The translations under genes and the position numbers were made by a program. A stretch of 63,347 bases of DNA, filler included, from Octopus bimaculoides (lineage: Eukaryota), in assembly GCF_001194135.2 (NCBI RefSeq). It is 7 parts of 6 records of this genome, joined end to end, with 100 filler letters (N's around TTAATTAATTAA, not from the genome) between each part and the next. Parts side by side here need not be neighbours in the genome. Positions count along the whole stretch, not along the records: positions 9,658 to 28,479 come from NC_068997.1; 6 more parts are not named here. One strand, given 5' to 3'. Shown here one piece after another: positions 11,601 through 25,699 of the stretch. The number at the start of each line of letters is the position of its first letter. Position 1 is the first letter of the stretch. The notes under the pieces were generated by a model. It was not told where the DNA came from. It did not search any database and was given only the letters and a program-made list of their open reading frames with translations.

Positions 11601-13318
11601 ACACCTAACAATGGATTACTTCTTAACCTGCATTTCTCATTATTTTTTCAGCCTCCCACATTACTATGTTAATCACCATCTAATTTACATATCGCGCGTC
11701 CAATTATTTTTTGTAAAGTACATCTCAGTTTAAGAAATGGCCGATAGCGGTTAGATTAGCTGATTTGATCTGTGCTGATTTTATTTCATTTTATTTTAGT
11801 TTTGCTTATTCTGCTTATTTTTCCAGAATCAGATTAATTCCGCTTTTATAGATGGAATTCCTCATATTACAGTTTTGCTGTTTAACTACCTGAAAAATTA
11901 TTTCTTCATCTTCTTAAACATTAAATTACGTTAATCTGTTGTCAAACCATTTTCTTATTTTCTCTTTTCAATCTATATAATTTTTTTTTTACTTATTGAA
12001 TACGCATTTCTTCTTTTTTTTTTTACTTCGGAAAACTATNNNNNNNNNNNNNNNNNNNNNNNNNNNNNNNNNNNNNNNNNNNNNNNNNNNNNNNNNNNNN
12101 NNNNNNNNNNNNNNNNNNNNNNNNNNNNNNNNNNNNNNNNNNNNNNNNNNNNNNNNNNNNNNNNNNNNNNNNNNNNNNNNNNNNNNNNNNNNNNNNNNNN
12201 NNNNNNNNNNNNNNNNNNNNNNNNNNNNNNNNNNNNNNNNNNNNNNNNNNNNNNNNNNNNNNNNNNNNNNNNNNNNNNNNNNNNNNNNNNNNNNNNNNNN
12301 NNNNNNNNNNNNNNNNNNNNNNNNNNNNNNNNNNNNNNNNNNNNNNNNNNNNNNNNNNNNNNNNNNNNNNNNNNNNNNNNNNNNNNNNNNNNNNNNNNNN
12401 NNNNNNNNNNNNNNNNNNNNNNNNNNNNNNNNNNNNNNNNNNNNNNNNNNNNNNNNNNNNNNNNNNNNNNNNNNNNNNNNNNNNNNNNNNNNNNNNNNNN
12501 NNNNNNNNNNNNNNNNNNNNNNNNNNNNNNNNNNNNNNNNNNNNNNNNNNNNNNNNNNNNNNNNNNNNNNNNNNNNNNNNNNNNNNNNNNNNNNNNNNNN
12601 NNNNNNNNNNNNNNNNNNNNNNNNNNNNNNNNNNNNNNNNNNNNNNNNNNNNNNNNNNNNNNNNNNNNNNNNNNNNNNNNNNNNNNNNNNNNNNNNNNNN
12701 NNNNNNNNNNNNNNNNATGTATGTATGTATGTATGTATGTATGTATGTATGTATGCATATAATATAGAAATAATATATGCTTTTAATTCGGAGCTGACTC
12801 CTAATCATTCCTTTTACATTTTATATTTTCTTCGTTTTCCTTCCACACTAATTACAATGTTAACTTCGTGGCTCATTATGCAATGACATAAATTTAGGGA
12901 TCTTAATCACACAAACTCTTATTTCTTCGGCAATTATTTTAAGTCTCTGATTAATTCGTATCATTAGTATTTATTCTCCTTATACAGCAATATCGTGTCC
13001 GCTCGCGGCTTATCATATTTCATGCATTTCGTGTGTTATTTGCTTGTTTCTAGCGAGGATGTTTTCTGGGCTCCATTTTTTTCTCTCTTTTATTCATATT
13101 AGTAAAATGGCCATCAGACTAAGAGCGACGTCTAGTTTTTTTCTCCATTGTATTTTTTCTATTCAATGCGTAGTATCACTTAAGGAACGGCACGTATTTA
13201 TTTATTTATGCATTTATTTATTTATTTATTTATTGTCAGTCGTTCATAACTTTGTTGGAGGCATGAGAACGGTGCTTCTCCTTTCCGTTTCAAGAACTGG
13301 AATGCGCACCCTCACTCT

Positions 13319-13455
13319 AAAGGCGGCCAACTGGCAGAATCATCAGCAAGTGAAACAAACTGCTCTGCAGTATTTATTCCGTTTTGAATTCAAATTTCGC
13401 TCAAATAATCTTGCCTTTTATCCTTTCGGAATCGTTAAAATATAATAACCAGTCA
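13319..13455 (+). mobile_element. SINE family B, diverged
   Basis: AAGGCGGCCAACTGGCAGAATC head, GAATTCAAATT, GCCTTTTATCCTTTCGG. Confidence 0.7.
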
Positions 13456-13879
13456 ATTACACCGCACTGATATCACAGGTAGGACACAGTATTGACTAAT
13501 AAACCTTTAATAAACTTGGTAGTATATTATGGTTGCAAAATGAAATACGGTGCCCTTACCAGTAATTGATATACTCATATCAGTTGCCAGGAATTGGTGT
13601 ATCCATTTGCGTTACACCGCTAAATTTCGTGATTATTTAAGCAATATATTCGTGGATGGTTAAAGAGTTGGATGTGGCACTGAAGAAGGAGCAAAAACTT
13701 CTGAAATATGCATATACACCCATTACCTATTTTTCTGTCTTCGATCGCATTCTTTACATAGACGTATTCGTATACGAAACATCGTTACAGACCAATGCTG
13801 GTTCTAATTTCTATAGAGGTAATTTTAAAAAGTGAATACAAGTTAAATACTGCAGTCAGATCGTAGCGATGGGCGTGCA

Positions 13880-14272
13880 CTATCAGACAGTGGCTCTCAT
13901 GGCTTCTGACCTTAATTGATTGGAAGTGTTATCATGTACATTGTTTTGCCTTGGTATAAAAGATGGTCTACGGTAAATATTCTGCTCAATACCAGAGATT
14001 TGCTTGTCAGTTGTTTGACCTTAACCAGTTGAGCATTCCCTTGGTGGTTGATGATATGTGTATCTCTGATCATGAGCAGAAGTAGTGGCGGAGCATCATA
14101 GCCATGTGTTGAGAGGAATTCTTTGGGGTTTGAATAATTCACCTTTGGAAACATGGGTGTTTTGCTCAACATCCTGAAAAAAAAACCTTATTCAGGGACC
14201 TTTTGAGTGGGATGGGCTATTCGACCTGAAGAAAATTCTAACTGGGCCCCACCTGCGAAGTCATGCGCTGTT
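13880..14272 (+). repeat. 550-bp repeat, copy 1 (3' truncated)
   Basis: Colinear with copies at 38826, 39875 and 43069. Confidence 0.9.
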
Positions 14273-14404
14273 TAAAGAAATGTTTCCTATGCTTTTCTAA
14301 CTGTATTTTGCTACTTCTGTCCTAGCAGAATGGAGCATCATCTCTATATAGAACCGAGAAGAAACCTTGCAGAACAGTCGTTATATTAACGGTTTATATC
14401 TGAT

Positions 14405-14512
14405 TATCACCCGAAGAGATACATCTACACCGGTGGATGTCCCAAAACCAGGTGTTAAGTATCCCACCCTTGAGGGATCGATGCTAGATGGACCGAAACA
14501 ATTGTAGGGATT
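14405..14512 (+). ncRNA. Degenerate hammerhead-like motif, long stem II family
   Basis: TATCAC CCGAAGA G..(~75 nt)..C GAAAC AATT GTA GGGATT, followed by AATAAA motifs; core has U4 to C. Confidence 0.4.
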
Positions 14513-15928
14513 AATAAAAATTAATAAAAAAGATTTCTATCTTCCGTCTCTCTCATTAACTTCTCTCATTAACACAACGACACTGTGAAAGTGAACGTGC
14601 TTTACCGGTAAGCTACCAGTCAGGTATATACCATACGATTTATTATCTTATGTATATATATATATATATATATNNNNNNNNNNNNNNNNNNNNNNNNNNN
14701 NNNNNNNNNNNNNNNNNNNNNNNNNNNNNNNNNNNNNNNNNNNNNNNNNNNNNNNNNNNNNNNNNNNNNNNNNNNNNNNNNNNNNNNNNNNNNNNNNNNN
14801 NTATGTATGTATGTATGCATGTATGTAGGTATGTATGTATGTATGTATGTATGTATGCATGTATGTATGTATGTATGCATGTACGTATGTATGTGTGTGT
14901 GCGTGCGCGTGTGTTTATATATATAAATATCATGAATGCAGGAGTCATATGTGACGTCATGTTTTATGATCGGAAGCAGCAGTATTCGGACAAGCTTGTA
15001 CGTGGTACCGTTCACCATCCGGCAACCATTGAAGCCCATAAAACATGGCTCTTCCGGTATTTATTAAATAATACTTCACTCTAACGAAATTGAGTTCTTT
15101 TTGACTGATCCGTTCATTAAGCAAACAGTACACTACATGTGTGTGTGTATGTGTGCGTATGCGTGTGTATATATGTGTGTGTTTCTGTAAGTATGTACAT
15201 ATATATGTACACACATACGCATATGTACACACATATGTGTGTGAATGTGTGTACATATGCGTATGAATGTGTATATATATACATACTTATATATACGTAC
15301 ATATATACACGCGCGCATATACATGCATTCCAACACACACAAACTATATATATATATATATATATATNNNNNNNNNNNNNNNNNNNNNNNNNNNNNNNNN
15401 NNNNNNNNNNNNNNNNNNNNNNNNNNNNNNNNNNNNNNNNNNNNNNNNNNNNNNNNNNNNNNNNNNNNNNNNNNNNNNNNNNNNNNNNNNNNNNNNNNNN
15501 NNNNNNNNNNNNNNNNNNNNNNNNNNNNNNNNNNNNNNNNNNNNNNNNNNNNNNNNNNNNNNNNNNNNNNNNNNNNNNNNNNNNNNNNNNNNNNNNNNNN
15601 NNNNNNNNNNNNNNNNNNNNNNNNNNNNNNNNNNNNNNNNNNNNNNNNNNNNNNNNNNNNNNNNNNNNNNNNNNNNNNNNNNNNNNNNNNNNNNNNNNNN
15701 NNNNNNNNNNNNNNNNNNNNNNNNNNNNNNNNNNNNNNNNNNNNNNNNNNNNNNNNNNNNNNNNNNNNNNNNNNNNNNNNNNNNNNNNNNNNNNNNNNNN
15801 NNNNNNNNNNNNNNNNNNNNNNNNNNNNNNNNNNNNNNNNNNNNNNNNNNNNNNNNNNNNNNNNNATATATACACGCACACGGTTAATAACAAAAATAAC
15901 ACCAACAGTAATAATAATAATAATAATG

Positions 15929-15971
<43 letters not shown>

Positions 15972-16209
15972 TAATAATAATAAGAGTCCATATACTTCAT
16001 CATTTTTTCCTATGTTATTATTGTTATCACGATCTTGTGATTGTTGTCAATTATTTTTGCAATCAATTAATAATTAATAATTAATATTAATGTTGTTATT
16101 GTTATTGTCGTTATTGTCTTTATTATTATTAATCGTACATTGTTTCATATTCGTATCTGTAATATGGCTCTTATTGTTATTATAATTATTATCGTGAACT
16201 TTTATCAGC

Positions 16210-17680
<1,471 letters not shown>

Positions 17681-18160
17681 AAAACAACGTGTTGTTTTTT
17701 TCCTGTCGTTGTAGTTGTTGTTGTTGTTCCAAATGCAATTATGTTTGCGTAAATAAAACAAAATTAGAGAAAAATATAGAAGCGAAAGAGAAAAAAAAAT
17801 GCTTTATTTGACAGATTAGATTAGAGTTGAACCAGCGTTACTAGTGTTGGCCGTTATCCAAAACCGCAGATACTGCGCTTGATGTTGTTGCTACTGTTGT
17901 TGTTGTTGTCGTTGTTGTTTCTGCTCTTCTAGATGAGAACAAGAATAATGAGTCCTCCAGTGTGTGTGTGTGCATGTATGTATATATGTATAAGTACATG
18001 TATATGTATGTATGCATGTATGTGTGTGTGTATATATATATATGTATATATACACATATATATATGTAGAGATATATGTATATATACATATATATATATA
18101 CGTAAATATATGAATGTTTATATGTGTGTATATATATAGAGAGAGAGAGAGTGAGAGAGA

Positions 18161-18191
<31 letters not shown>

Positions 18192-19566
18192 NNNNNNNNN
18201 NNNNNNNNNNNNNNNNNNNNNNNNNNNNNNNNNNNNNNNNNNNNNNNNNNNNNNNNNNNNNNNNNNNNNNNNNNNNNNNNNNNNNNNNNNNNNNNNNNNN
18301 NNNNNNNNNNNNNNNNNNNNNNNNNNNNNNNNNNNNNNNNNNNNNNNNNNNNNNNNNNNNNNNNNNNNNNNNNNNNNNNNNNNNNNNNNNNNNNNNNNNN
18401 NNNNNNNNNNNNNNNNNNNNNNNNNNNNNNNNNNNNNNNNNNNNNNNNNNNNNNNNNNNNNNNNNNNNNNNNNNNNNNNNNNNNNNNNNNNNNNNNNNNN
18501 NNNNNNNNNNNNNNNNNNNNNNNNNNNNNNNNNNNNNNNNNNNNNNNNNNNNNNNNNNNNNNNNNNNNNNNNNNNNNNNNNNNNNNNNNNNNNNNNNNNN
18601 NNNNNNNNNNNNNNNNNNNNNNNNNNNNNNNNNNNNNNNNNNNNNNNNNNNNNNNNNNNNNNNNNNNNNNNNNNNNNNNNNNNNNNNNNNNNNNNNNNNN
18701 NNNNNNNNNNNNNNNNNNNNNNNNNNNNNNNNNNNNNNNNNNNNNNNNNNNNNNNNNNNNNNNNNNNNNNNNNNNNNNNNNNNNNNNNNNNNNNNNNNNN
18801 NNNNNNNNNNNNNNNNNNNNNNNNNNNNNNNNNNNNNNNNNNNNNNNNNNNNNNNNNNNNNNNNNNNNNNNNNNNNNNNNNNNNNNNNNNNNNNNNNNNN
18901 NNNNNNNNNNNNNNNNNNNNNNNNNNTATATATGAGTTGCTAATAGATTGTGATAGATTGATGGTAGAGTATGCACAATTGGCCTGAGTGTGGTCATACT
19001 CTCATAAAGACAGAAACGTTTGGTATTCACAATTATGTCCCTTGGCTGCTTAATTCCTAATTAAATTTAATGATTTTTTTTTATCTCACCACGCTTGTCA
19101 TTTTAACTGAATACTTTTTTTTTTTTTTTGGAGTGTGTGACTTGCTATATAAGATATCAGTGTCCTGACGTAACTGTCTGTTTTTCTTTCATAAGGCCTT
19201 CTTGAGAAATTTACACACACATATCACTAGAACAGATGAGAGAAGTGACGTGATAGAATATATGCTTATTCCATTAGCTTACAACTGTTTCATAATCGAA
19301 TCAGTTATATAATAGATATTACATCACTATTCACACTTATATAAAAGATACATATAAATATATTAGTTGAACCATACATAAACGTGCTGTAATTAAACTC
19401 ACAGACGAATCTTCAGAACGCTTAACGGTGGTTCAGAACATCAACTCTACAGAAGATTGCAAGCACTCTCAAGGTATATCGCAGACAATGGATATATAAT
19501 AGATTCGGCACGTTACGAGATATAGTTTGTGTTCAAGAAGCAATGACCGTAGATCAATTCAAATTT

Positions 19567-19567
<1 letters not shown>

Positions 19568-19625
<58 letters not shown>

Positions 19626-19774
19626 TTTGCATATATATCTATATATGCGGATATGTCTATGCTTTATAAGTATATCGTATTTGCCTAGTATATTGTGATC
19701 AAAGTAATATTTGTACATATTTACAATATCAAAAAATGTCAAGGAGAAAGACAGACAGACGGACAGATAAAGTA

Positions 19775-19843
<69 letters not shown>
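19568..19843. repeat. Two (GATA)n arrays
   Basis: Direct reading; further (GATA)n at ~21705, ~32379 and ~33014. Confidence 0.95.
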
Positions 19844-19844
<1 letters not shown>

Positions 19845-19982
19845 GTATTTCTCGCACTCCCTTCCTCACATTCACTTCAATCCTGCCGCTTTTTTCTCGG
19901 TCACCATTTCTTTTAATATCGGAATTTCATGTCCCTTATCTACAGCACGAGCAAAATATTTAATCCCCTTCCCTCTCAGTCC

Positions 19983-20019
<37 letters not shown>

Positions 20020-20432
20020 CACGTGCGCGCACACTCAAACTTACACGCTCATACGCACACGAGCATACAGACACACATAACCATGTGGACATTGACGCTT
20101 CTTCTTATAAAGAAGTTGTGACCAAGACGGATTTTTGTCTTTAGGCCTAACTCATCAATACTGTGCGGAGATGAATAAATATTGGATATGAACATCATAT
20201 CCGTATGTTTATTAAACACATCAATATGTCAATATGGTCCCCATATACACATTCGTACATGTGTGTGTGTTTAAGTGTAAACGTGGATGTGTGTACGCGT
20301 GTGTGTATGTGTGTGCATACGTTATCCATAAACACACACACACACTATAAACAAATATATACCCTGCATATGCATATATATGCAAATATACATGAAGATG
20401 CTTGTGTACATACTTATATATATGCTCCAGAA

Positions 20433-20870
20433 AGGCGGCGAGCTGGCAGAAACGTTAGCACGCCGAACAAAATACTTAGCGGTATTTTGTTTGTCTTTAT
20501 GTTCTGAGTTCAAATTCCGCCGAGGTCGACTTTGCTTTTCATCCTTTCGAGGTCGATAAATTAAGTACCAGTTACGCACTGGGGTCGATGTAATCGACTT
20601 AATTCCTTCGTCTGTCCTTGTTTGTCTCCTCGATGTTTATCCCCTTGTGGGCAATAAAAAAATAAGAAACGTTAGCACGCCGGGTGTAATGCAAAGCAGT
20701 ACTTCGTCTGTCTTTACGTTCTAAGTTCAAATTCCACCGAGGTCGACTTCGCTTTTCGTCCTTTCGGGGTTGACAAATTAAGTACCAGTTACGTACTGGA
20801 GTCGATCTAATCGGCTGGTCCCTCCCCAAAATTTCGAAGCTTGTGCCTAGAGTAGAGAAGTATAAATAAG
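20433..20870 (+). mobile_element. SINE family B, tandem dimer
   Basis: Two consecutive head and central units (second begins AAGAAACGTTAGCACGCC ~20665). Confidence 0.88.
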
Positions 20871-21051
20871 CTCTTGGACAGTGAGGGATCGATGTTAGAT
20901 GTGTCGAAACAATTGTCATGATTAATAATAAATTCTCGTATTAGAAGAAGAAGAAGAAGAAGAAGAAGAAGAAAGTTAGGATTGTCATGAGCCCTATGAC
21001 CCTAAAGTGGGACCCTAACCCGATTGCTATGTTGTATAAATATTTGGTGAA

Positions 21052-21319
21052 GGTGCGTGACCAAGTGGTTAAGCTGTTGCACTCACGATCGATAGATCGA
21101 AGGTTCGATTTCGTGATTGGACAGCGCAGTTTTCTTGAGCAAAACACTTCATTCCACATTGCTCCATACCTCCCCCTTTTTGATCAGGGGGAAATGTTGG
21201 TCTGCTTACCCAGCCAGCGGGGTGGCGTCATTTGAAGGCTAAAACGATGCAAAAGCGCATTGTGGCCAGCGATGTGTAACAGTAGCTGATAGCTTGGTCG
21301 GTCACGTGATCACGTGATA
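21052..21319 (+). mobile_element. tRNA-derived SINE family C
   Basis: GTGACCAAGTGGTTAAG A box, GGTTCGATT B box, TTCTTGAGCAAAACACTTCATT, tail GTCACGTGATCACGTGAT; matches 46012-46267. Confidence 0.8.
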
Positions 21320-21704
21320 AATATTTGAGATTTCAACAATACTTCCTACCCAAACAAGGCGCCGGTCCGCCATAGAGTTAACTTCCTAGCTGTTGTTGGA
21401 ACCTACTGGCGGCTAAGTAGACTGAAATAACGTGAAATGATCTGTTTTGTTCAAAAATACAACGCAACGTTCGGTCCGAGAATCGAAACCACTATCTTTC
21501 GATCGTGAGTGCACTCCAACCACTAGGACACGTGCCATTACTCTTGCAACAGTGTTGACATCCCTGAAGGTATCGAAGGTGTCAGATGGATAAAGCTTTT
21601 AAAACTGGTGACGGACAAAGAAAGCCGCTGCAGGATTTGAACTCAGGACGCGAAAAGCCGGAAGAAATTCTGCAAGATATTTGGTCCGGCATTCTTACAA
21701 TGAT

Positions 21705-21754
<50 letters not shown>

Positions 21755-22521
21755 ATGCTATGTGTATAGACAGATATACTAAACACTTCGACTGTATTTA
21801 TAACACGAAGACACTGTGTGTAAAAACATTGTATTCACATCTGTCTATAAATCCAATACTGGTTAAAAATCTATATTTTGTAGTACTGTATGATATTACC
21901 ATCGCATATATTATATATGTATATANNNNNNNNNNNNNNNNNNNNNNNNNNNNNNNNNNNNNNNNNNNNNNNNNNNNNNNNNNNNNNNNNNNNNNNNNNN
22001 NNNNNNNNNNNNNNNNNNNNNNNNNNNNNNNNNNNNNNNNNNNNNNNNNNNNNNNNNNNNNNNNNNNNNNNNNNNNNNNNNNNNNNNNNNNNNNNNNNNN
22101 NNNNNNNNNNNNNNNNNNNNNNNNNNNNNNNNNNNNNNNNNNNNNNNNNNNNNNNNNNNNNNNNNNNNNNNNNNNNNNNNNNNNNNNNNNNNNNNNNNNN
22201 NNNNNNNNNNNNNNNNNNNNNNNNNNNNNNNNNNNNNNNNNNNNNNNNNNNNNNNNNNNNNNNNNNNNNNNNNNNNNNNNNNNNNNNNNNNNNNNNNNNN
22301 NNNNNNNNNNNNNNNNNNNNNNNNNNNNNNNNNNNNNNNNNNNNNNNNNNNNNNNNNNNNNNNNNNNNNNNNNNNNNNNNNNNNNNNNNNNNNNNNNNNN
22401 NNNNNNNNNNNNNNNNNNNNNNNNNNNNNNNNNNNNNNNNNNNNNNNNNNNNNNNNNNNNNNNNNNNNNNNNNNNNNNNNNNNNNNNNNNNNNNNNNNNN
22501 NNNNNNNNNNNNNNNNNNNNN

Positions 22522-22555
<34 letters not shown>

Positions 22556-22735
22556 GCATACATACACACACATGCGAATATTTCGGCAATATGAGGAATA
22601 CACAAATGCACCTACTCATAGACACGCACACAGACTCACACAGCAACGCAAACACACACTTAAACAGAATTACGCAAGCACAACTAGGTTGCACACAAAC
22701 ACATACACACATATACGCACTCAGTGAGAGAGAGA

Positions 22736-22770
<35 letters not shown>

Positions 22771-23589
22771 AGAGAAAGAGGTAGAGAGAGAACCAACCAG
22801 CCATCCATTAATAACGTTAAGCTGTCTACAAAGACGACGACTGACATCTGTGGATTAACCAGATGTGGATTATGACGACAGAAAAAAGACGTCGGCCATA
22901 TTGTTTCTTCTACTTAAGTCCTGCTAAGAGTTGTCTATAAACACACATTTTAAACACCGTTACTCACACTACTCTCACTAATCAATACTCACTCGTTACT
23001 CATTATTCACTAGGAGTAGAAGTGCGGAGTAGTAAGGCGAGTCTAATGGTTACTTAGAAACTAGAATGGCTTCGGTGGTGCTGGGCTGATGAGGGGTGGA
23101 AATAGATGATGGAAGAGTTGGTGTTTAGCACCGAGTAAACCAATTTCGAACACATATCTTTGAGCGAAGGCTTTCCAACCGTGACGACTCAATAGAATTC
23201 AGAGCATTAAGGGCTACGTTATCCAATTTATACAATTTTTCTGTTTAAAACTGTGGTGCGTGATTTGAGGGTATTTAACTGCTATTCCAAGCAAATCGAG
23301 CGACGGCTCTTGTGTGACTGTATAAAGCTGATCTTCTTTCTATTGCTACTGCTGCTGCTGCTACTTCTGCTGCTGCTGCTACTTCTGCTGCTGTTGCTGC
23401 TGCTGCTACCACTACAACTGCAGCTGTTGTTGCTATTGTTGTTGCTGTTGTTGATGATGGTGTTAAAGTCTTGGTTGTAGTTTTTTTTATTCTATTGTTG
23501 TTTAATTTTAATTTTGATTTATTTTATTTGTTTATTATTTTCTTTTGTTTCCGCTTCTGTTATTGTTATTGTTGTTGCCTTTATTGCGA

Positions 23590-23798
23590 ACAGGCAGGAT
23601 CGTTAAAACGCCGGACAAAACGCGTAACAGCATTTCTTCCGGCATTACGTTCTGAGTTCAAATTCCAGTGAAGTTGTTGACTTTGCCTTTCATCCATTCT
23701 AGATTGATAGAATAAGAACCAGTCAAGCTCTAGAGTCGATGTTATCGACTTCACCTCCCCCCCCCCGAATTTCAGACCTTGTGCCCATATAGAAAATA

Positions 23799-23800
<2 letters not shown>
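23590..23800 (+). mobile_element. SINE family B with (TTA)n tail
   Basis: GAGTTCAAATTCC, GACTTTGCCTTTCATCC, 3' CTTGTGCC..TAGAAAA. Confidence 0.8.
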
Positions 23801-23851
<51 letters not shown>

Positions 23852-23862
23852 GTTATTATTGT

Positions 23863-23975
23863 TCAGTAGTTTTATTTTTATAACGTGCTTTCACTTCACT
23901 ACCGAGCGCAGCTCTGTGTGCCTTGGGTATGTGCTGTGGTTTGCTGTGGTTTGCTGTGATGCGCTTATGGTTACT
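23863..23975 (-). mobile_element. Short insert between two TAA arrays, possibly the 3' UTR of a truncated R4/Dong copy
   Basis: Non-repetitive ~110 bp flanked by (TTA)n on both sides, adjacent to an R4/Dong 3' end. Confidence 0.4.
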
Positions 23976-24002
23976 GTAATTATTATTATTATTATTATTA
24001 TT

Positions 24003-24575
24003 ATTTGATGAAAACTCTCAGCTTATTTTGCTGGGTACGATGGAAAGTGTCCAGCTGTCTAAGAACCCTGCGAAGAATTCTTGCAGTTCCAAGCAATGTT
24101 GATCTTTACATTTGTACCAATTTTTTTGAGCCATGTTGGTAGTTGAGTGCTGATACTTCCAAGTGCGCCAATTACTATTGGTATCACGACTACTCTCTTC
24201 ATTGACCAAAACTTTCATATTTCCCACTTCAAATAGTCGTGGTTGTTCAGTTTTTCTTCTTTGTCTTTGATCCTGTTGTCACCGGAACATGCTATGTCGA
24301 TTTTTCTTTTTATTCACCACAACAATGTCCGGTTTCAATGCCAGGTCAGGCGATCGCACTGAATCATTGTACCCCACAGGATTTTGCAATCTTCACTCTC
24401 GGTGACTCCTGGGGTTTTCTCATACCACCTCTTTGCTCATTGTAGGGCCGTGATTTCCACAGAGCTCTCAATGGATTATTCTAGCCACATTGTCATGTCG
24501 TCTTATGCATTCGCGTTGTACCAATTTCGGACATTCGCTAACGATGTGCCATAACGTTTTACTGATTTTTGTCTG
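24003..24575 (-). mobile_element. R4/Dong-clade non-LTR retrotransposon 3' fragment (CCHC + RLE)
   Basis: HIVSECPKL..RRHDNVARIIH, KPDIVVV, IDIAC, VVVIPIVIGALG, LGTARILRRVL; followed by (TAA)n on the element strand. Confidence 0.88.
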
Positions 24576-25210
24576 AAACCTTTCAATATAATAATAATAA
24601 TAATAATGATGATGATGATGATGATGATGATGATAAAAATAATAATAATAATAATGANNNNNNNNNNNNNNNNNNNNNNNNNNNNNNNNNNNNNNNNNNN
24701 NNNNNNNNNNNNNNNNNNNNNNNNNNNNNNNNNNNNNNNNNNNNNNNNNNNNNNNNNNNNNNNNNNNNNNNNNNNNNNNNNNNNNNNNNNNNNNNNNNNN
24801 NNNNNNNNNNNNNNNNNNNNATTATTATTATTATTATTTTCATAAGGCAGATACGTCGGACAAAATGCTTAGCAGCATCTTCCTTAGCTTTTTTGCTCTC
24901 AGTGCTCAAATCCTTCCGGTGTCGATATAAAAAAAAGTAGCAGTTGAGTGCAGGGGTTCAATATCGTCGACTGACCCTCTGACACTGAACTGGTAGCCTC
25001 GCGTCACAACTTGAAGCAATGAGTTTTTCTGTTATTGCAGCTTGTTTGCGTAAAACGTGATGTTCACATCTCTCAAGGATACACAATCTGAGCAGTTTTC
25101 AAGCTGTAATGGAATATATACAGGACATACCAACATAAGGAATATCGGTGAAGTATTCCCATCAAAAATTCTATCAAGTGCATACATAACAGACCTGATA
25201 TAATTTAATA

Positions 25211-25387
25211 CAGTTCTATATTTAAGAGATGAGTAATTATGTACATTATTTACATCTGACGGATATTTCTCCGCATCTTGTTTGTTGTTAACACAACGTT
25301 TCAGCTGATATACCCTCCAGCCTTCATCAGGTGTCTTGGGGAAATTTCGAACCTGGGTTTTCATTCCTGAGGTATTTTTCAATGTTG

Positions 25388-25390
<3 letters not shown>
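25211..25390 (-). mobile_element. Hammerhead element body, copy C (no tRNA head)
   Basis: Colinear with copy B body; HHR at 25290-25335 with intact CUGAUGA and GAAACGUU, stem II GGCUG/CAGCU. Confidence 0.88.
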
Positions 25391-25421
<31 letters not shown>

Positions 25422-25440
25422 CATTATTATTATTATTATG

Positions 25441-25616
25441 ATCGAAAGATACCTTAGGAATGAGAACCCAGGTTCGAAATTTCCCCAAGACACCTGATGA
25501 AAGCTGGAGGGTATATCAGCCGAAACGTCGTGTTTAACAACAAACAAGATGAGGACAAATATCTGTCAAATGTAAATGATGTACATACTTTTCCCCATGT
25601 TTTAAATACAGAACTG
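25441..25616 (+). mobile_element. Hammerhead element body, copy D (inverted relative to C)
   Basis: ATCGAAAGATACCTTAGG...AATACAGAACTG. Confidence 0.88.
25489..25534 (+). ncRNA. Minimal type I hammerhead ribozyme fold with GUC triplet
   Basis: GACAC CUGAUGA A AGCUG-GAGGGUAUAU-CAGCC GAAA C GUC GUGUU; predicted cleavage after 25529. Confidence 0.78.
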
Positions 25617-25699
25617 AATGATTTTTACTTACAATATTCCAAAACGTTTATCATGGAATCATCATGGCTATGCTGTTTAAAGAAAAATAAACACATTCC

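Noticed and set aside
23080-23110. CTGATGA GGGGTG GAAA as a hammerhead
   Set aside because: No stem II pairing and no stem I or cleavage triplet
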